Positions 1 to 13,154 of a stretch of DNA of 64,000 nucleotides are shown here, one piece after another (the first letter of the stretch is position 1; each line of letters starts with the position of its first letter). Below the pieces are notes generated by a model that was not told where the DNA came from, did no database searches, and saw only the letters and a list, made by a program, of their open reading frames with translations. The stretch is from Octopus vulgaris. Taxonomy: Eukaryota. The position numbers and the translations under genes were made by a program. Location: NCBI GenBank assembly GCA_951406725.2, contig OX597823.1:9858001-9922000 (forward strand), read 5' to 3'.

Positions 1-1460
1 TTGAAATTTCTTTTTTTACTCCCGCCACTCCCTCACCACCCTAGTCCGAATCTATTTTTGCCATTTGGATTTTTTTCACTACGCATTTAAGATCTGTGAG
101 AGAAACATTTTCGGTTAAAACAAATTGATAATAATATCAGACGAAAATGTATGATTTAAGGGAGGTCTGGTTGTTGTTCCTAGCACATCACTAAACCCTC
201 CCTCCTTGTTTCTTTCTCACTCACACATCTATTCATGTTTTGCAATATTTTTCTCCCCATAAACACATTTTATGGAATGCTGATTTCGAAGTAACGCGCG
301 TGTAGTCCCAACCGAGCGAGGTCATATTATTTGTATGTAAGAAAAAAAATTTAAAAACATCTTTAGTGTTCATATTAATTTGTCAAATGTAATGCTTATT
401 TGTTCACGTTATTTTGAATTATTCAGGTTCAAGAGAGGTATCCATAAACAGTTGCTTGTAACTTGGTGAATTTTTTATATACAGATTCGAAATTTTGTCA
501 GTGGGTGCTTTATACACCAGTGGTTCATTACGTAATTTTGGCTGATCTTGTTAAGTAAATTTGATGTTACAGGCAGGTAAATTTAAATAACAGGTGTAAA
601 AGCAATAACGCTAAAATTGAAATTCTTAATGCATCTTGTTTGATTTTTTTACTAAAATTATCCCGACAAAAATGTTGCCACTTTTCAAGATGAGGTATAT
701 TAATTTTAATTAATTAAGATATGGTTATAATCGGTACAATATTTTATTATTTCGATAGATATTTCGTACCTCGGTGTGGAATAATGTTTTTCCACAGTTT
801 TGTCGGCTACATTCAACGTATTTGACCTCCAAAACCGCTGAAAGCCACTTTTTTCCAGAAAAGAAAAGTGGAAGGAGCGATGGGGATCTCAAAGTTTCCC
901 ACTAAGGAGGTTTTGTTTCGCATGTCTTTTTTTCTTTTTCAGGTTATTTTGCATGCTTTCAACGAATGTGACATCGAAATCACGCGTAAGCGGCTCCTTT
1001 TTCCAGAAAAGGGAAGAGTTGGCTGCTATTTCGAGAATGCCATGCTATCACGTAACAGCAATTTGTGTTCACACCGAAATATGTTCCAACTTTTTTCCTT
1101 CCATTTATTTTTTTTTTTTTCATTTTATGGAAGTCAATATTTTCTCTGTTCATATTTGCTTTTTCCCCAGTTCTGTGCTTTCTGGAAGAAAAACCCTCAC
1201 ATTATCTCAAGGCTACGAGAATTCATTAACGTGATTTGTTTATTTTTTAGGAAAGATTTCGTAGAAGAATTAGATAGAACGGGTTTTGCCCGGTTGAAAC
1301 ACTAAAGGATTAAAAATTGCCAAAACTGCAGAATCAATTTATTTGTCCTTTTTGAGGGCTTTAGAACACAAAAAACTATAGTTTTATTTATTTTAATTAT
1401 TTTTTGCTTTGAGTTACAAAATATTGATTTTGTAGTTTTAAATTTCAAAGAGCCTATATA

Positions 1461-2731
1461 CGAGGGGCGTTCAATAAGTAATGCCCCTGTCCCACTTCCC
1501 ATAGCAGTAGAGCAACGAAACTTGGCACAGTTATTAGTCTTTTTCTACAAAGGAACCACCCAGAGTTACGTATTTCTCCCATCGTTTGATGCAGCTCTGG
1601 AGACCGTTTTTGTAGAAGAACCCAGCTTGGTCCTCCAAACTCAAGGCTGCATCATCTAGGAAACGCTTTCCTTTCAAAAACAACTTCATGATTGGGAAGA
1701 GGTGAAAATCAGAGGGATCAAGGTCAGGAAAGTAGGGGGGATGGGGAGGAGTTCATAGCCATACGCCTGTGCTCCTGATCTGGCGACAAGCGAGTTGTGG
1801 ACCGGAGCGTTGTCCTGCAGGAGGAGGATGCCTTTGCTGATCTTGCCCCGCCTCTTGATTTTGATAACTTCTCTTAATTTCCTCAAAAGTGAAGCATAAT
1901 AGGCTCCTGCAATTGTGGTACCCTTTTCCAGGAAATCTGTCATCACTACTCCGTCCTGGTCCCAGAAAACTGTGAGCATGACCTTGCCAGCGGAGGGCTG
2001 CACCCTTGCCTTCTTTGGAGGTGGTGAGTCACGGTGCTTCCACTGCATTGACTGGGCTTTGATCTCTGGATCATCGTGATGGATCCAGGTTTCATCCTGT
2101 GTAATCAGTCTTTTGAAAAATTTTGACCCATCTTCTTGGCATATCTCCAAATTCACCCTCGAGCACTCGACGCGTTCTTGCTTCTGGAAAGGCGTGAGCA
2201 ACCTGGGAATCCATCTGGCAGACACCTTTTGCATATGCAAATGGTCATGAATGATAGTTTCCACAGACCCGGTACTAATCTTGACTTCATGGGCTATTTG
2301 GCGAATAATTATGCGTCGATCTTCCAAAATGGCAGCCTCAACTTGACGGACAGATGCCTCATCAATGGCAGAAGGGGGCGACCAGATCTGGGAGCTGTTT
2401 CCACAGAGTTCCGACCATGTTTGAATTCACGATGCCAGCGTTTTACAAGGTCATATAATGGGGCATCATCACCATAAGTTACTTTCATTTCATCAAAAAT
2501 CTCCCGTGGTGTGCGTCCTTTCAAATACAAAAACCGGATCACTGCTCGACATTCAACAGTCTCCATTTCACACTTGACTCGGTTCAAACACCTGTAAATC
2601 AGAAACCACAATTAATTCAGAACTGTAATTTGCCACTTACTCTATAGAGATATAAATGATTGCACATGCAATTTCAGCTAGATCAAACAATTGCAAGTGG
2701 GTCAGAGGCATTACTTATTGAACGTCCCTCG
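1461..2731 (-). mobile_element. Tc1/mariner DNA transposon, near full-length copy 1 (1271 bp)
   Basis: Imperfect ~37-bp TIRs (cgaggggcgttcaataagtaatgcccctg / cagaggcattacttattgaacgtccctcg). TA target duplication at 1459-1460 and 2732-2733. About 18-bp deletion near 1638 relative to copy 2. Confidence 0.96.
1500..2566 (-). pseudogene. mariner transposase (DD34D type) broken by two -1 frameshifts
   Basis: ORFs 2309-2611 and 1686-2327 give an HTH N-terminus (RAVIRFLYLKG, RSGRP), WIPRLL, ITQDETW and LLQDNAPVH. The HPPY-PDL-PSDFHLF motif appears in another frame past 1743. Confidence 0.92.
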
Positions 2732-2839
2732 TAGGCTGATTTCATAGTTTTGCCCTTTTTTTCAGGTTTTTAAAGGCTTTTAGAGCCAGAAAAGGGTAAA
2801 ACACCCAAATGAAACACAATATTAGTATTTAACTAAACA

Positions 2840-3598
2840 ACGTTTATTGATAAAGAGGCCGTAAAAAAAATAAAAATAAAAATTTGTAAAACACGATATT
2901 TAATGTTTCGTCCATTTTGCCCTTCATGAAAATTAACTTACCAAAAATTTTCATCAGACAAGGATGATCTTTTGCCACTCAAGATGCCCTTGCCCAAGGG
3001 ACGACCGTCTTGAACTTGGTCAACTTGTTCACCAACACTTGCTCACTCAAAAAGGCAGCATCTGTCAGTAGACGTTTGGAGTCGGTCTCCAACCAAGCTT
3101 TTACTAAATTCTGGGCCTTGTCCTCCAGTGACCTGTGGCTTCCACTCTCTTCTTGTTGGGTGACACCCCTAAAGATGTCATCCTCCACGTCTTCGTTGTT
3201 GCTGCCTCCACTGTTGCTGCTCACTTCCTCAGACTGCTACCTCGTGACCTTATCCTCGACCTTATCCTCCATGCTTCTCCTCACCTTGGTGAACTTGGGG
3301 CTATTATGCCTATCCAACCAGATGAGGCGAAACCTGGGACGGAAGGCAGCATTCAGTTGGCATTCTTCATCATCCTGGAGGATCGCAAATATTTTGCCGA
3401 TGCCAAATCTGCGTCGACCAAGGGGCTGCAGTAGACGAATTTTGGGTTAACGGACTTGAGTTAACAGAAACTAAATGTAACGGAAGTTAATTAGTCCGAT
3501 AATGATTTTCGAAGTTAACCTGAAAGTTAAATCGTAAACGAAAATGTGAACTTAGTTAATTAACGATTAACAGGTTAACGGACTTACGCCCAGATCTG
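2840..3598 (-). mobile_element. hAT-superfamily transposon remnant, internally deleted (C-terminal transposase fragment plus one terminus)
   Basis: The minus strand translates to AAFRPRFRLIWL (cf. hAT AxxLxPRFK), an acidic linker and GKGILSGKRSSLSDENF..LIFMK (end of hAT dimerisation domain). Clustered TTAAC(G) subterminal repeats at 3446-3585 end in a CAGATCTGGGC-type terminus at 3598. Confidence 0.7.
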
Positions 3599-4369
3599 TA
3601 TATTCTTATTACACATCTAAGTGATGCATACATTGACCGAAGAAGATACAACAAAGGGCAAACTGAAAGTAACAAGAAAAAGAGTTACTTTGTAAAGAAA
3701 ACGAAAAAATAGCGAGTATTGTCTTCATTTAAATTCATTTGCAATCGTTTTTACATTTTAAAGCATGCATTTATAATAATATTGCGAAGACAAATACACA
3801 ATAATCGTATCCTCAGGAAAAATCTGGAATCTGCGCGCTTTGGAGTTTGAGATAAATTGCGTACGAGGAGTTGTAGTAAAACAAAATGAAGTCTGTATAT
3901 TTATCACAATTTCTCCACAATACATTTGCTATTCATCAATTTTAAGCATTTAATCTTTAATCCGTTTATCACAGAAAAATTAATTAAATTCATACAAGCG
4001 CACGCGTGTAGACACACTTTAAGGCAAACACACACAAATATATGCATACATACATAAGATATATTCATAGATAAATGCATACTTATATGTATTGTCACAT
4101 ATATAAATACTTGCATACAGGCATAGACACACACACACACATCGCAACACAGCGTTATGAAAGAAGTTCTTTTATACATGTCTGTTAGCAAAGTAGATAT
4201 CCCAAAATTCCAAAGAGCCTTATTTTGACATGGTGGATATTGACATGCGATTATATGTAATCACATATGTAGTTCTACACACATACACATACACATACAC
4301 ACACACACGCACACACACATGTGTGTATGTATGTGTATATATGTTGTTGTGTGTATTCATATACATACA

Positions 4370-4442
<73 letters not shown>

Positions 4443-4950
4443 GTGTGTGTTTGTGTTTGTATGTATACAAGTAGATATCTGCATGTGCACGTATATTTTT
4501 TAGTATACGCACAAACATCTTTAGATATTTATATACATGTGCATGAGTGAATATTTATTTATCTACACACTACACGAATGGATGTATCAAAAATCAGAGA
4601 TAAAGCCAAGCACATATTGTTATTTATATATTTATATATATTTATATACATACGTATATACATATGTATATATGTATACGCAGTAAAAAAAAAAAGCGCA
4701 GCGAGTTTTCATATAGTAGAAACATATCGTTATCTCTGTTCAGATGTGCGTAAATATCTATATAAATACAAAACTGACACATGCTGGGAAATATATATTT
4801 CCATAAGCACACATTCTTTTTGCAGAATAGCTTTTATATGAATATGCATCAACAGAGCATTATGACTAGTAGTGTAGTCATAGGAACATTTGAATAATGC
4901 TAATTCGGTTAAAAGAAGAGACAGAACATCACATAAATTATACACATAAA

Positions 4951-5001
<51 letters not shown>

Positions 5002-5393
5002 GATGTAAGAGGTGCTTCTCCGACATACTATCTTTCGCTTTTGAGCTTTTGTAGTATCAGCGGCAGCGTGTGTTTTCTTGTGCATTTACCAACCAAATAG
5101 ATATATGTCACAGATAATATAAACAGCCACACAGTCGAATAGTCATCCCTGAAGATAAATTTATATGTACGTGTGTTTTTGTGTGTTTATGAGCATTAGT
5201 ATATATACGTATAGGAATATGAATATAAGTGTATGCATGGTTGCCTTCTACGTATATATATGGACGAGAGAGTGCTGAAAATTTCTTGACTTTCGGTAAA
5301 AGGAAACACAGGAGGATCAGTTAAATACGATTTTATTCAACATATTATCCTCTCAGATACTTATTGTAGCTAGATACTTATTGTATATATCTA

Positions 5394-5600
5394 TACTCTT
5401 GTACTTGTTTCAGTTATTTGACTGCGACCATGCTGGAGCACCGTTTTTAGTCGAGAAAATCGACCCCAGGACTTATTCTTTGTAACTATAGTACTTATTA
5501 TATCGGTCCCTTTTGCCGAATCGCTAAGTTACGGGGACGTAAACACACCAGCATCGGTTGTCAAGCGATATTGGGGGGACAAACACAGACACACACATAT
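5394..5600 (-). mobile_element. SINE family A, 3' half
   Basis: Reverse complement of the 3' half of the 8817-9232 copy. Confidence 0.85.
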
Positions 5601-6139
5601 ACACACACATACATGTATATACATACATACATACACACACACAGACATATATATATATGCATACATATTTCCAGTACGATAGTCACGAACCCAGAACTAC
5701 CGAGTTCCCACACTTGTATCTCTATTTAGTCAATCGCCCATCTATGTCACCAAGTAAATAATCGATTGTATGTTTAATATGTTGATTAATCAAACAATCG
5801 ATTGTTTATTATAGTCCTTTCGTTGCTATTCGCGTCATCGTCAATGACACGCCTTCTCTCTTCAAGGTGTGCGTTGAATCTGTCTGAGAATTAGTCTTAA
5901 GCGTGTGTAAATGTGTGCTTATATGTGTGTATACAGATGTGTTGTTGCTTACAGGAGAAGTGAAGGCTGAGAGTCAAGGAAGAGTTTGTGTGTGCGTCCG
6001 CGTGCGTGTGTGTGAAAATCTTTTCCATCCAAATACATATATATATATATATATACAAAACCTCGTAGAAAGTACTATGGATCTTCTGCTTAAAGTTACA
6101 TTGTTATAATATATTGATATACGTATACTTATGTACATA

Positions 6140-6209
<70 letters not shown>

Positions 6210-6238
6210 GAGAGAGAGAGAAAGAGAAAGATAGATAG

Positions 6239-6286
<48 letters not shown>

Positions 6287-6288
<2 letters not shown>

Positions 6289-6360
6289 TTTGATACTTTG
6301 ATACTTTGATAGGTTTCGGCCATTATTGGCCCAGGCCATGTCTAACTTAATAGCACCACA
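6287..6360 (-). mobile_element. 3' tail of CR1/L2-type LINE with (GTATCAAA)n terminal repeat
   Basis: ccaggccatgtctaacttaatagcaccac is shared with the 3' UTR of the LINE fragment at 13524-13551. Tandem tttgatac units follow. Confidence 0.7.
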
Positions 6361-7114
6361 TACATATATATTATTATCCAATTGCAATAACGTGCTATAT
6401 TTCTCTGACAAAGTGGGATTTCTTAAGGTAGATAACCTCATTTTCTATAACAGAACGGTTGATTAGTAATTATTAATACAACCATAGTTTAAATTTAATA
6501 TGTGCCGTTATCTTTTACTTAATTCGTTAATTAATCACCCGATAATTCCTGTGTTCGCGCAATATGATTTTATAAAAAAAAAAAAATTCCTAATAAATGT
6601 TGATTTTAATGAAAGCATCTAAAATGAAATAAAAATAAAATGCAATTCTGTATTAACATAAATCAAGTAGTCTCAGAAAATCAGGAATCAAAAGCCGTTT
6701 GAACACTTTTGATGTTGTCCTCCACCACGTATCATAGAATCTAATTCTCAATACACGCTGAACGAGCTTATTCCTGTGGACATTCTTGTCCAAATCGTTT
6801 AATCATTGTTTAACGTGCTCAATCTTCCGATAAAAAGCTTCTCACCGTTATTTACTCTCAGACATATTCCGTTCTTTCACCTACCATTCCTACCTCATTA
6901 CATCTGCTCAAAACACATTATCAGTGACTTCATAGACACTTGAAATTTCGGAATGAGAAGCCGATTCGTTGAGATTTCCTAAATCAACATCCTTTAAGTC
7001 ACTATTTCTCTTAACAACAGCAACTTCGCCAATGATTCGTATACAAGAATTCATATTATTTATGTTTAATGCAGTGTAAAAGCTAATTCCTCACTTTTTT
7101 TAAAGATACACATA

Positions 7115-7245
7115 GGCGTAGGTCTGGGTGTGTGGCAGTAGTTCCGGGTTCACTCCCATTGTGTAGCACCATAGGTAAGTGTCTTCTACTATAACCCCGG
7201 GCAGACCAAAGACTTATGAGTGAATTTGGCAGAAACCCTTTATAC
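7115..7245 (+). mobile_element. SINE family A, 5' half
   Basis: ggcgtagg...gttccgggttcactccca...gcaccataggtaagtgtcttctactata matches the head of the 8817 copy. Confidence 0.8.
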
Positions 7246-7280
7246 GAAATACATACATACATATATATACAAATATATAC

Positions 7281-7351
<71 letters not shown>

Positions 7352-7353
<2 letters not shown>

Positions 7354-7650
7354 GGAAGCTTTACGAAAATAAACAAAAGACGAAGGCAGGTGGAGTACAA
7401 ACAAACAATTGTATTAGTATGGCGCTCAGGAATAGAAAAAAACTATTCTTTTACGTTTCGAGCCTACGCTCTTCAACAGAAAGATACACAGAAAAGAAAC
7501 ACGGAGAGAAACAAGGAGAGAATAAAATGCGTGCAGGAGCTAACGACTCAACATGGCGGTCTGATTTCGGCCAGTAGTCAGAGATCAGACGTTAGGCGCA
7601 AGAGGGATAGTAGGGGAGATAACAAGGTCAAATGACCTCGCCCCAACACA
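7352..7650 (-). mobile_element. 5'-truncated Neptune-type PLE 3' terminal region inserted in (TA)n
   Basis: Reverse-complement homolog of 57720-58012, flanked by (TA)n on both sides, and contains a hammerhead motif. Confidence 0.88.
7447..7484 (-). ncRNA. type I minimal hammerhead ribozyme motif, A6U variant
   Basis: Minus strand reads UCUUU CUGUUGA A GAGC-GUAG-GCUC GAA ACGU A AAAGA. Stem I is 5 bp, stem II is 4 bp, stem III is palindromic ACGU and the site is GUA. Confidence 0.8.
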
Positions 7651-7711
7651 TATATATATATATATACATAGCGGTTGCTTTTTGATCAAATTTTTCTCCA
7701 TATTCTGCTTA

Positions 7712-7750
<39 letters not shown>

Positions 7751-8054
7751 CGCGTGCGTGTGTTTGTGTGTATTGTAAAATGTGTGAAAACGGAGACAGT
7801 GCCAATGTTGCATTGTTTTAATCCACCAAAATTACATGTTGACATTCCTGGTGTCTCATAGTGTTACCATGGAAAATTTGATTTGATTAGGTTGAGCCGT
7901 TTGGGAATGCATTTGGAACAGTGATACAACGGTTTATGTATATATAGATTAGAATATTAAATTAATAAGAACTAACAGTTAAGTCATTGTTTTCATTTTT
8001 CAAAGGCACACCCACACATTTATATGTACACACAAACATACACACATACATACA

Positions 8055-8086
<32 letters not shown>

Positions 8087-8140
8087 CATACATACATACA
8101 CACACATACATATATATATATATATGCACATATACATTCG

Positions 8141-8325
8141 CCATGACAGATCGCTAGCCACGACACATTATTTACTTTCTCTCCTTCTTTCTTTCTGTTC
8201 TTTTTTGTGGAAGAGTGTGGGCTTGAAACGTTAAAGACATTTTCACTTCCCGACCGATATACAGATACATCTGTTGTCTAAACTACCTGTCTTCGTCTTT
8301 TATTTTATTTTGGGAATTCTCCTTG
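8141..8325 (+). mobile_element. diverged PLE 3' terminal fragment with degenerate hammerhead (8199-8237)
   Basis: UUGUGGA A GAGU-GUGG-GCUU GAA ACGU U AAAGA, followed by cctgtcttcgtctttt as in the 57.9-kb terminus. Flanked by microsatellites. Confidence 0.7.
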
Positions 8326-8331
8326 TATACA

Positions 8332-8394
<63 letters not shown>

Positions 8395-8564
8395 ATGTAT
8401 GTATATATATATATATATATACATATATATGTATATTTATATGTATATATATGTGTTTGTATATATGTGTTAGTGTATATATATATGCAGCTATATATAT
8501 TAATATGTATGTATATACATATATGTATATATATATATAATATATATAACTATTTGAATATATA

Positions 8565-8760
8565 TATGTGTGTGTCTCACACCACCGCTTCACAACATTT
8601 GTTGGCATGTATACAACCCGTAACCAAGATGTTCGGCAAAAGAGATCAATAGAATAAATGCCATTAAAAAATAGTAATGGCGTCGATTCAGTCAATGAAG
8701 AAATATTCAAAGCTGTGCCTCAGCATGGCTGCAGTCTAATACCTAAATCAAGTAAAAGAT
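8565..8760 (+). mobile_element. SINE family A, diverged 3' half
   Basis: gttcggcaaaagagatcaatagaataa...cagcatggctgcagtctaat...caagtaaaaga. Confidence 0.75.
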
Positions 8761-8816
8761 ATCAGATAAGATATATTGCAAGCACCTTTTCAGTGATTTT
8801 CAATTAGACTTACATT

Positions 8817-8980
8817 GGCGCAGGAGTGGCTGTGTAGTAAGTAGCTTGCTAACCAACCACATGGTTCCGGGTTCAGTCCCACTGCGTGGCATCTTGGGCA
8901 AGTGTCTTCTGCTATAGCCCCGGGCCGATCAAAGCCTTGTGAGTGGATTTGGTAGACGGAAACTGAAAGAAGCCTGTCGT

Positions 8981-9022
<42 letters not shown>

Positions 9023-9232
9023 TTGTGTGTCTGTGTTTGTCCCCACAGCGTTGCTTGACAACCGATGCTGGTGTGTTTACGTCCCCGTCACTTAACGGTT
9101 CGGCAAAAACAGACCGATAGAATAAGTACTGGGCTTACAAAGAATAAGTCTCGGGGTCGATTTGCTCGACTAAAGGCGGTGCCCCAGCATGGCCGCAGTC
9201 AAATGACTGAAACAAGTAAAAGAGTAAAAAGA
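8817..9232 (+). mobile_element. SINE family A, full-length (tRNA-like head, CORE-like box, internal microsatellite)
   Basis: A box tggctgtgtagt, B box ggttcagtccc, CORE-like gtggcatcttgggcaagtg, internal (TA)n(TG)n and tail gtaaaaga repeats. At least 10 copies or fragments occur in the window. Confidence 0.9.
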
Positions 9233-9826
9233 GAGTCTCTATCTCATTATCTTCTTGCATTCACAATACGTATCGAAATACATTTAATGAAAATTCTGAA
9301 CGAGAACGCTCGCACTTCCTTCATGTTCAGAGAAAAGCAGAAACAATACTTCTAAGCTCAGAACATTCTTCAAGTATATGTACTTGAAGGCACACTGCCA
9401 TACGTCCTCTGAATGTTATGATTTATGAGGCGCATTAGTTTATTAAGCCGTATTTCCGTAGATATTAGAGAAACAAAATGCTATATAAGCTTGTTGAATA
9501 TATTCTCGCAAAATATTCATATATCCAGACAATTAGATTGACAGCTTACCACATGAGTATTAACAGTATTTTTCACTTGAAGTTCAAATAAGTTGTTTTT
9601 GCAAAAGACACGTATAACTGGAAAGTAATGCTGTATCATCACTAACGGACTGTAAACTTCACACATTCATAGAGACATACTTACATAAACACGCATACAA
9701 ACACAAATATTTACACACACACACACATATAGTCGCATGCGTAGCTGTGTAGTAAGAAGCTTGCTTTTTAACCAAACGGTTCCAAGTTCACTCTTGCTGT
9801 GTGGCACCTTGGGCAAATGTCTTTTA

Positions 9827-11089
9827 TAAGTTTGTCAAGATAGTTCTTGCGCAATTTTAAATCTTGTTTTTAAAGGATGTATTTTCAAATTAATTATCGT
9901 TAAACGACTTTCAGTCATTTTAAAGCTTATTTTTCGCTCTATCGAATCGTCTGACACTTTTTCTATTTTGATAATTACGCCATTTTTTCCCGGAACGTTG
10001 GATACAACATGGACAAAAAGCAAATTCGCAGAATTTTCTTATTCCAGTTCAAGCTAGGCCCAAAAGCTGCTGAAATAAGCTCGCGGTATCAACGATGTGT
10101 TTGGCTCAGGAAACACTAATGAACGTACAGAACAATGGTGGTTCAAGAAAATTCGTAGCGTTGACGAGTGTTGAAGATGATAAGCGTAGTGGTTGGCCAT
10201 CGGATGTTGACCACGATCAAATAAATGCCTTAGTCGAAGCCAATCCATGCACAACTGTTTGAGAGCTTGCTTCTGAATTTGACGTAACGTAAACGACAAT
10301 TTACAACCACTTGAAATAGATTGGAGAAAAAACAATCCTTCAGAAATGAGTACCGCACGAATTGAACGACAACCAAAACGAAAAAACAAACGCTGTTTTG
10401 AAGTGTCGTCTTCCCTTCTTTTACGCAACAAGGACGACCCGTTTCTCAACCGGATTGTGATTTACGATGAAAAGTTGTTTCTTTACGACAACCGGCGACG
10501 CTCAGCTCAGTGGTTGGACGTCGACGAAGCTCCAAGGCACTTCCCGGAACCAAAGTTGCACCAAAAGAAGGTCATAGTGACTGTTTGGTGGTATGCGGCC
10601 GGTCTCATCCGTCACAGCTTTTTGGATCCAGGCTAAACCATTACGGCGGAGAAGTACTCTCAACAAATGGATGAAATGCATAAGAAACTCCGACAACAGC
10701 AGCCAGCATTGGTCAATAGAAAAACACCTATTCTTCTCCACGACTACGCTCGGCCGCATGTCCCTCAACTGACCCTGCATAAGTTGAACGAATTGGGCTA
10801 CGAAACTGTGCCACATCCACCATACTCACCAGACGTCTCGCCTACGGACTACCACTTTTTCAAGCATCTCAACTTCCTGCGTGAGAAATGCTTCAAAAAT
10901 CAAGACGATTCCAAACATGTCTTCAACGAATTCATGACCAAACAGAACGCATGAGTTTTACGCTACTGGCAGAAATAAACTCGTTTCGCGTTGGCAAAAG
11001 TGTGTTGATTCTGATGGTGGTTTTTCGATTAATAAAGTTTTGTTTGAGCCGAGATATGTGCATCTGGATTAAAAGGTTAAAAACCGCCA
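9827..11089 (+). mobile_element. cecropia-subfamily (Hsmar1-like) mariner, degenerate
   Basis: Left TIR-like taagtttgtcaagatagttcttgcgcaattttaa, truncated right TIR ttaaaaaccgc and an internal transposase pseudogene. Confidence 0.9.
10009..11032 (+). pseudogene. Hsmar1/SETMAR-like mariner transposase with stops and frameshifts
   Basis: MDKKQIRRIFLFQFKLG...WWFKK...RIVIYDEK..LYDNRRR...KKVIVTVWW...PILLHDYARPH...HPPYSPDVSPTDYHFFKHL...RWQKCVD. Confidence 0.93.
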
Positions 11090-11572
11090 GGGCCAAGGGA
11101 TTTATAGTCAGAAACCGAAAGAAGCCTGTTGTATGTATGTATGTACACACACACACACACACACGCACTCACACACACACACACACATACACATATATAT
11201 ATATATATACATATATATATATTATATATATAAATCTCTGTGTGTGCATGTCTGTGTTTGTCCCCCACCACCACTTGACAAGCGGTGTTGGTGTGTTTAC
11301 GTCCCCATAACTTATCGGTTTGTCAGATGTGACCCATAAGATTGAGTACTAGGATAAACGACTAAATCAAATTGCTCAAAGTGGTGCTCCATCATGGACG
11401 CAGTCTAATGAATGAATGAAACAAGTAAAAGGTGAAAGATGTATGAAGACATGTACACACATACCTATATATGCATACGTACACTCACAATCACACACAC
11501 AAATGTGTGGGTTCGTGTGTTAGTGCGTACTCACGCGCGTGTGTGTAAAAACATGCATACATACATACATAA

Positions 11573-11646
<74 letters not shown>

Positions 11647-12395
11647 CTTATGCGCATTTTTGTAACTGTGTGAGTATATATGTGTACATCCTGTTGTTAG
11701 TGAAATATCGTAAAGAAAATATGAGGCATTAAGATAAGAAGATTAAACTGCAAATACCATTTATCAGCTATCAGTAGTGTGTCATCTGGGAAATATAGAA
11801 CTTTAATTAGAAAAACACATATTTACTATGTCCTTACGAGTCCATAACTATCAGTGCATGAACTTCTCATCATAAATATTTTTCTTGTTCAAATTTAAAT
11901 TGATATCAATATCTCGTTTAGCTTACATTATCAGAGACATTGATCGATATTTTTCAATGCGATAGAATAGTGTAATTTCAAAGACATTTATATAAAAAAA
12001 AAAACTATAAATAATAATCAACGAAACTGTCGTAATCATAAAAAAATACATATCATTACTCACCCCCACCCCAATGAAGGACTTGAAAATTTATAGATTT
12101 TTCATATATGAAAACTGTAAAAAACCTAATTTAACTATATTTATTTATTTTATTAATACGTTAATGATTAGACACTTAAAGTTTAATATATTTGCTCCAT
12201 ACTTCTCTATATTTTTCCAAATATTCCTTGAATACCTTTATCGTTCTATGACTCACATATATAATCTTTTACACTGCGTCTTGTTTCGGTCATTTGACTG
12301 CGGCCATGCCAGAGCACCGCATTAGAAAATGAAGCTCTAATGGAAATAGGTTAGGATGCATATTACAAGTCAGGAAATATTATACCTTTCAATAT

Positions 12396-12468
12396 CGACA
12401 CTGATGGAACTTGAACCGACAAATTTCGGGTCCGGAAGCCAGAGCCTTATCCATTAGGCCAAACTTAA
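12396..12468 (-). pseudogene. tRNA-Arg(CCG)-like pseudogene
   Basis: Minus strand tggcctaatggataaggc (Arg D-arm), tt-CCG-ga anticodon loop and ggttcaagttcc T-arm. The 5' acceptor strand and anticodon stem are degraded. Confidence 0.7.
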
Positions 12469-12477
12469 GTGACTATC

Positions 12478-12519
<42 letters not shown>

Positions 12520-12676
12520 CAGAGAGAGAGGGAGAGAGAGAAAGAGAGAGAAGTTGATAGAAAGATAGATAGAGAGATAGAGAGATAGATTACTAGATGC
12601 AGAGATATAATGAATACATATATATATATATATAAATATATATAAATGTAATATGTGACAATTATTTGGTAGCCAA

Positions 12677-12737
12677 GATAAAACTCCGAGTTTCAGATGC
12701 CGAGGTGGAAATCCACATCACCATCTCTTCAGTTATC
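12677..12737 (-). ncRNA. type I hammerhead ribozyme motif with extended stem II
   Basis: GAUAA CUGAAGA GAUG..GUGG-AUUU-CCAC..CAUC U GAA ACUC-G-GAGU U UUAUC. Confidence 0.82.
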
Positions 12738-13125
12738 CGGCCATCGGAAAAACGTTATGAAAAATGAGCGTTATACAAAGGGAAATTACTGTGTTATTGA
12801 CTGTTATTAAGACAAAAGGGCTATTCGAATGACTACTAAGTAAGGTATGGGGTAAAAAGTTCATAGTATTTGCGTAAGCGCGTCTGTTCATACTTACGCA
12901 TACATTCATCAACCTTCACTTGAAAAACGTACACATCCTCACTCGCGTCCTTCGCCAAATATATATGCATATATATACAAACCCACACACACACGCGCGC
13001 ACCGTAAAGGTTCAGTGACGTCTATTGAGTTAAAAATCATTCTGTGCCGTATGAATATGTCCCTCGTTTAAGAAACAGATTGGGTTTATTTTCATTTGTG
13101 AAGAAAAAAAGATACCCTTCGCCCA

Positions 13126-13154
13126 CCCCTAACCCTAACTAACCCTAACCCTAA
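13126..13154 (+). repeat. short interstitial (CCCTAA)n telomere-like tract
   Basis: cccctaaccctaactaaccctaaccctaa. Confidence 0.8.

Larger units (their letters stand above)
9733..11437 (+). mobile_element. SINE family A split by a mariner insertion (halves ~9733-9826 and ~11091-11437)
   Basis: The head ends gggcaaatgtctttta and the sequence resumes gaaaccgaaagaagcctgttgtatg through aaacaagtaaaa. Confidence 0.75.

Noticed and set aside
868-1305. 145-aa and 93-aa ORFs
   Set aside because: Phe-rich product of T-rich DNA, with no recognisable domain or splice structure.
3010-3450. 146-aa plus-strand ORF
   Set aside because: It is the antisense shadow of the hAT transposase fragment.
3446-3590. 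Short TTAAC repeats as a CRISPR-like array
   Set aside because: Irregular transposon subterminal repeats in eukaryotic DNA, with no repeat-spacer periodicity.
5756-5807. Small nested palindrome aatcgattgt..ttgattaatcaaacaatcgatt
   Set aside because: Short and AT-rich; no function can be supported.
8817-8890. SINE heads as tRNA genes
   Set aside because: A and B boxes are present, but there is no cloverleaf and they continue into SINE bodies.
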